A DNA stretch of 64,000 nt from positions 17,558-81,557 of the forward strand of contig JASMKO010000061.1 of NCBI GenBank assembly GCA_030749225.1. Direction: 5' to 3'. The notes beneath the pieces are model-generated. The model saw only the letters and a list, made by a program, of their open reading frames with translations, did no database searches and was not told the DNA's origin. This document shows positions 61,046-64,000 of this stretch, piece after piece. The first letter of the stretch is position 1; each line of letters begins with the position of its first letter. The position numbers and the translations under genes are program-made. The DNA is from Verrucomicrobiota bacterium (GTDB taxonomy: Bacteria > Verrucomicrobiota > Verrucomicrobiia > Limisphaerales > UBA1096).

Positions 61046-62545
61046 ATGAAGAATAATAACAACACGCCGAGAAACACATTTTGCGGTCGTACCGCAAGGC
61101 GTGAGTTTTTGCACCAGGTCGGCGGCGGCTTTACGTCGCTGGCATTAACCGGGTTGATGGCCAATGACGGTTTCCTCAACTCCCAAGCCGTAGCGGCCGA
61201 TGGTAGGACTTCGTGGGTTAACCCCTTGGACCCGAAGGCTCCCCCACTGATGGCTAAGGCCAAAAACGTGATTTTCCTGTTCATGTATGGTGGTCCGAGT
61301 CATGTCGACACGTTCGATTACAAGCCCAAACTTTATCCACTTGATGGGAAGACAATCAAGGTGGATACCTTTGGTCGGGGCGGAAAGAAAAGCCAGGGCC
61401 GTGTTGTCGGCCCGAAATGGAAGTTTAAGCAATTTGGGCAGAGCGGCAAGTGGGTGAGCGACCTGTTTCCAAATGTTGCCCAGCAGGTCGACAAGATTTC
61501 GTTTCTCCATTCAATGACTGCGGATTCGCCCATCCACGGTTCAGCGATGTTGATGATGAATTCGGGCAGCATCCTCAGTGGGCGACCCTCACTGGGATCG
61601 TGGGTCAACTACGGGCTGGGTTCAGTCAATGAAAACCTCCCGGGTTACGTGGTGATGCTTGATCCGACCGGTGGACCGATCAGCGGTGCGAAGAACTGGA
61701 CAAGCGGTTACATGCCAGCGACATACCAGGGTGTCGTTATGAATGCCAGTGGCACGCCTATTCTTGACCTCCAGAATTCCCGCAATATGAGTCGGGAGGA
61801 GCAGCGATTACTTATCGACCAGTTGAACAAATTTAACGGACAGCACCTTGGCGAGAGATCGGACAATTCAGCGTTGGCTGCCCGCATCTCCAGTTACGAG
61901 TTGGCCTACAAAATGCAGATGAGCGCGCCCGAGGCAGCCGATTTCAACAGTGAACCGGAATATATCAGGAATCTTTATGGCCTCGATCAAAAACGAACCG
62001 ATGACTTTGGGCGCAAGTGTCTGCTGGCCCGGCGGCTTGTTGAGCGCGGTGTTCGTTTCATACAGATCTACTCGGGAGGCAACCATAACGATGCCAATTG
62101 GGATGCTCACGGCGATCTGGAGAAGAACCACAACTATCATGCAGGCAACACCGACAAGCCGATTGCCGGTTTGCTGCAGGATTTGGAGCAGCGTGGCATG
62201 CTGGACGAGACTCTCATTATCTGGGGCGGCGAGTTTGGCCGCCAACCCACCGCCGAGTACAATGCAAAGCCGGGTGCGGGGAATTATACCGGCCGTGACC
62301 ATAACAGCTATGGTTTTACCATGTGGATGGCCGGGGGCGGTATCAAGGGTGGGACAAGTGTTGGTGAAACTGACGAGTTAGGGAGCAGGGCTGTCGTCAA
62401 GCCATTCCATGTGAAGTATTTGCATGCGACTGTGCTGCACCAACTCGGGTTTCATCCAAACCAATTGACCTACTTCTACCGTGGGTTGGATCAGAGTTTG
62501 GTAGGGGTGGAGGATGTGGAACCCATTCATGAAATCATCGCCTAG
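61046..62545 (+). CDS. DUF1501 family protein with a Tat-like signal
   Basis: ARREFL twin-arginine motif; AKNVIFLFMYGGPSHVDTFD, WDAH and GEFGRQP...GRDHN motifs. Confidence 0.9.
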   Translation: MKNNNNTPRNTFCGRTARREFLHQVGGGFTSLALTGLMANDGFLNSQAVAADGRTSWVNPLDPKAPPLMAKAKNVIFLFMYGGPSHVDTFDYKPKLYPLDGKTIKVDTFGRGGKKSQGRVVGPKWKFKQFGQSGKWVSDLFPNVAQQVDKISFLHSMTADSPIHGSAMLMMNSGSILSGRPSLGSWVNYGLGSVNENLPGYVVMLDPTGGPISGAKNWTSGYMPATYQGVVMNASGTPILDLQNSRNMSREEQRLLIDQLNKFNGQHLGERSDNSALAARISSYELAYKMQMSAPEAADFNSEPEYIRNLYGLDQKRTDDFGRKCLLARRLVERGVRFIQIYSGGNHNDANWDAHGDLEKNHNYHAGNTDKPIAGLLQDLEQRGMLDETLIIWGGEFGRQPTAEYNAKPGAGNYTGRDHNSYGFTMWMAGGGIKGGTSVGETDELGSRAVVKPFHVKYLHATVLHQLGFHPNQLTYFYRGLDQSLVGVEDVEPIHEIIA

Positions 62546-62596
62546 CTTCGACAAAGGAGATTCACTTGAATCATGCTTTAGATAAGGAACCCGATC

Positions 62597-63505
62597 ATGG
62601 AAAAAAAGAACCGTTTGTTTGGGGATACTGCAAGAACACCATCCACAAGATGCTTCTCCATGCAGACAGCCATTAGCGAGTCAAGGGGCTTCACGCTGAT
62701 TGAGTTGCTGGTGGTGATTGCCATCATTGCCATACTGGCAGCTCTGTTGTTGCCTGCCCTGGCGCAGGCCAAGGCCAAGGCGCAGCAGATTTTCTGCATG
62801 AACAACGAGAAGCAGATGGGGATCGCCCTGCAGATGTATGTGTCCGATAACGGATACTATCCGGGGCATTGGGATGCACGGGCTAGGATTGGCAAATCGA
62901 AGCACACCGGTAACTTCGTTAACAATGCCATCGCGTGGCCCGGTCGCCTGTACGGCTACGCGGAAAGTACGGAGTTGTTTTTCTGTCCGGCAAAGAAGGG
63001 GGACGGTGCTGAACGATTCCGCTGGAAAGATTACAAGGGGAAAGATCCAGCGAAGAAGGATTCAGCTTTTCCATTTAACCTTTATCCTGGTGGAGGCGCG
63101 TTCTTCACCTACGGTTACAACGACTGGGGAGTGCGAGAATTCGTGAGAGTCAATAATCGTACTTTGGGCCTCGGCGGGGATGTCCAGAGTGAGGCTGACC
63201 TGATTCCTGAGAGTGTTGTCCGAGTGCCTTCCGACATGATCTGCATTTCTGACACTCAGGCGGATGGGACATGGGACTGCGCAGTGGATCCTTGTGACGG
63301 TGGTAATTTTAATAATCCAGCTCGCGAGTGGCCGAGTAAGCGGCATACTTTGGGCTCGAACATCCTGCTGGCCGACGGGCATTCCGAGTACCACAAGATG
63401 ATGGACTTGGTGGCTCGCAAGCCAACAGGTACATTTAAACCGGATGCGGAAAATATGCTCCGGCGCTGGAACAATACCAACGAGCCTCACCGTCAATGGT
63501 GGTAA
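62597..63505 (+). CDS. Prepilin-type N-terminal cleavage / DUF1559 (H-X9-DG) protein
   Basis: [34 protein letters not shown] and C-terminal RH..G.N...ADGH. Alternative start at 62660. Confidence 0.9.
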   Translation: MEKKNRLFGDTARTPSTRCFSMQTAISESRGFTLIELLVVIAIIAILAALLLPALAQAKAKAQQIFCMNNEKQMGIALQMYVSDNGYYPGHWDARARIGKSKHTGNFVNNAIAWPGRLYGYAESTELFFCPAKKGDGAERFRWKDYKGKDPAKKDSAFPFNLYPGGGAFFTYGYNDWGVREFVRVNNRTLGLGGDVQSEADLIPESVVRVPSDMICISDTQADGTWDCAVDPCDGGNFNNPAREWPSKRHTLGSNILLADGHSEYHKMMDLVARKPTGTFKPDAENMLRRWNNTNEPHRQWW

Positions 63506-63512
63506 GCTGAGG

Positions 63513-63863
63513 ATGAATGACAAGGCCAAGCTCGGTTTGTCGATCGTCGCCATCATAGTTTGCGGTGGTTTCATCGTTAAGTCGTTGTTGTCGTCTGGAA
63601 CGAGTGCGGACTTCCCTGATGGGGGTACATGGACTCAATGCAATGCTTGTGGGGAAATGCAAGTCATTGGTCCCGAGGCTCGGGGTGAATTCTATGACAA
63701 TAACCCGAGTCAATTGGGCCAGTCGATGACATGCCCTAAATGCAAACGCGGCCGCCTGGTGGATGGGTTGAGGTGTCCTGTAAATGGATGTTTCTACGTC
63801 CAGGCCGGCCAGTTACCGGACGGTAGGCCGTTATGTCCCAAGTGCAAGAAGCCGTTCCCTTGA
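63513..63863 (+). CDS. Small membrane-anchored Cys-rich (zinc-ribbon-like) protein
   Basis: ATG 7 bp after the DUF1559 stop, preceded by GAGG; N-terminal TM helix; CNAC, CPKC, CPVNGC and CPKC. Confidence 0.7.
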   Translation: MNDKAKLGLSIVAIIVCGGFIVKSLLSSGTSADFPDGGTWTQCNACGEMQVIGPEARGEFYDNNPSQLGQSMTCPKCKRGRLVDGLRCPVNGCFYVQAGQLPDGRPLCPKCKKPFP

Positions 63864-63948
63864 GCTCTTGGCCAAGCGCGATTTTCGTTGGTGGCAAATG
63901 GTTGCTTGGTGGGTTTGATAACAGAACGCTTGCTTTGCCCATCATATC

Positions 63949-64000
63949 ATGATGACCGTGTTTCGAGTGGTCGCGTTGTTGGGGCTCTTGGCTTCAACCG
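63949..64000 (+). CDS. Possible 5-prime end of an exported protein running off the window
   Basis: MMTVFRVVALLGLLAST resembles a signal peptide; only 17 codons are visible. Confidence 0.3.
   Translation, partial: MMTVFRVVALLGLLAST

Larger units (their letters stand above)
14041..63876. repeat. Dispersed highly iterated palindrome (CG)CTTGGCCAAG(CG)
   Basis: Exact CTTGGCCAAG at 14043, 20026, 24461, 25709, 26319, 29169, 30114, 30878, 32584, 34736, 35161, 36900, 40534, 44152, 44526, 47700, 52434, 56548, 58298, 60425 and 63867 (manual count). Full 14-mer at 14041, 30112, 30876, 32582, 44150 and 44524. Confidence 0.92.

Noticed and set aside
14041-63876. The iterated palindrome as a CRISPR repeat, REP element or IS end
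   Set aside because: It is too short, irregularly spaced and mostly intragenic and in-frame, with no spacers, cas genes or transposase in the window.
1-64000. tRNA, rRNA, riboswitch, prophage or defence genes
   Set aside because: I recognised none by eye. Intergenic gaps are short, and a covariance-model scan would be needed to exclude small RNAs.

Overview
A 64 kb gene-dense chromosomal segment, most likely from a PVC-superphylum bacterium. Verrucomicrobia is inferred from the DUF1549/DUF1553-DUF1501 pairs, the PVC-type heme-binding protein, the DUF1559 prepilin-like protein, the CotH/LTD protein and the multiple sulfatases. About 40 CDSs are supported. I recognised no rRNA, tRNA, CRISPR array or mobile element. 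The strongest unexplained signal is a highly iterated palindrome, (CG)CTTGGCCAAG(CG): I counted at least 21 exact 10-mer copies by eye, plus many one-mismatch copies, in all three codon frames and in intergenic gaps, resembling cyanobacterial HIP1. Other highlights: (1) two short sigma28-driven flagellins 33 kb apart that share a near-identical 346 bp central block but have diverged ends; (2) a HAD-Nudix fusion coupled to folB that may supply both dephosphorylation steps of pterin synthesis; (3) an ECF sigma / vWA anti-sigma / 2344-aa internally duplicated membrane protein operon. All counts and alignments are manual, and product calls come from recognised motifs rather than database searches.
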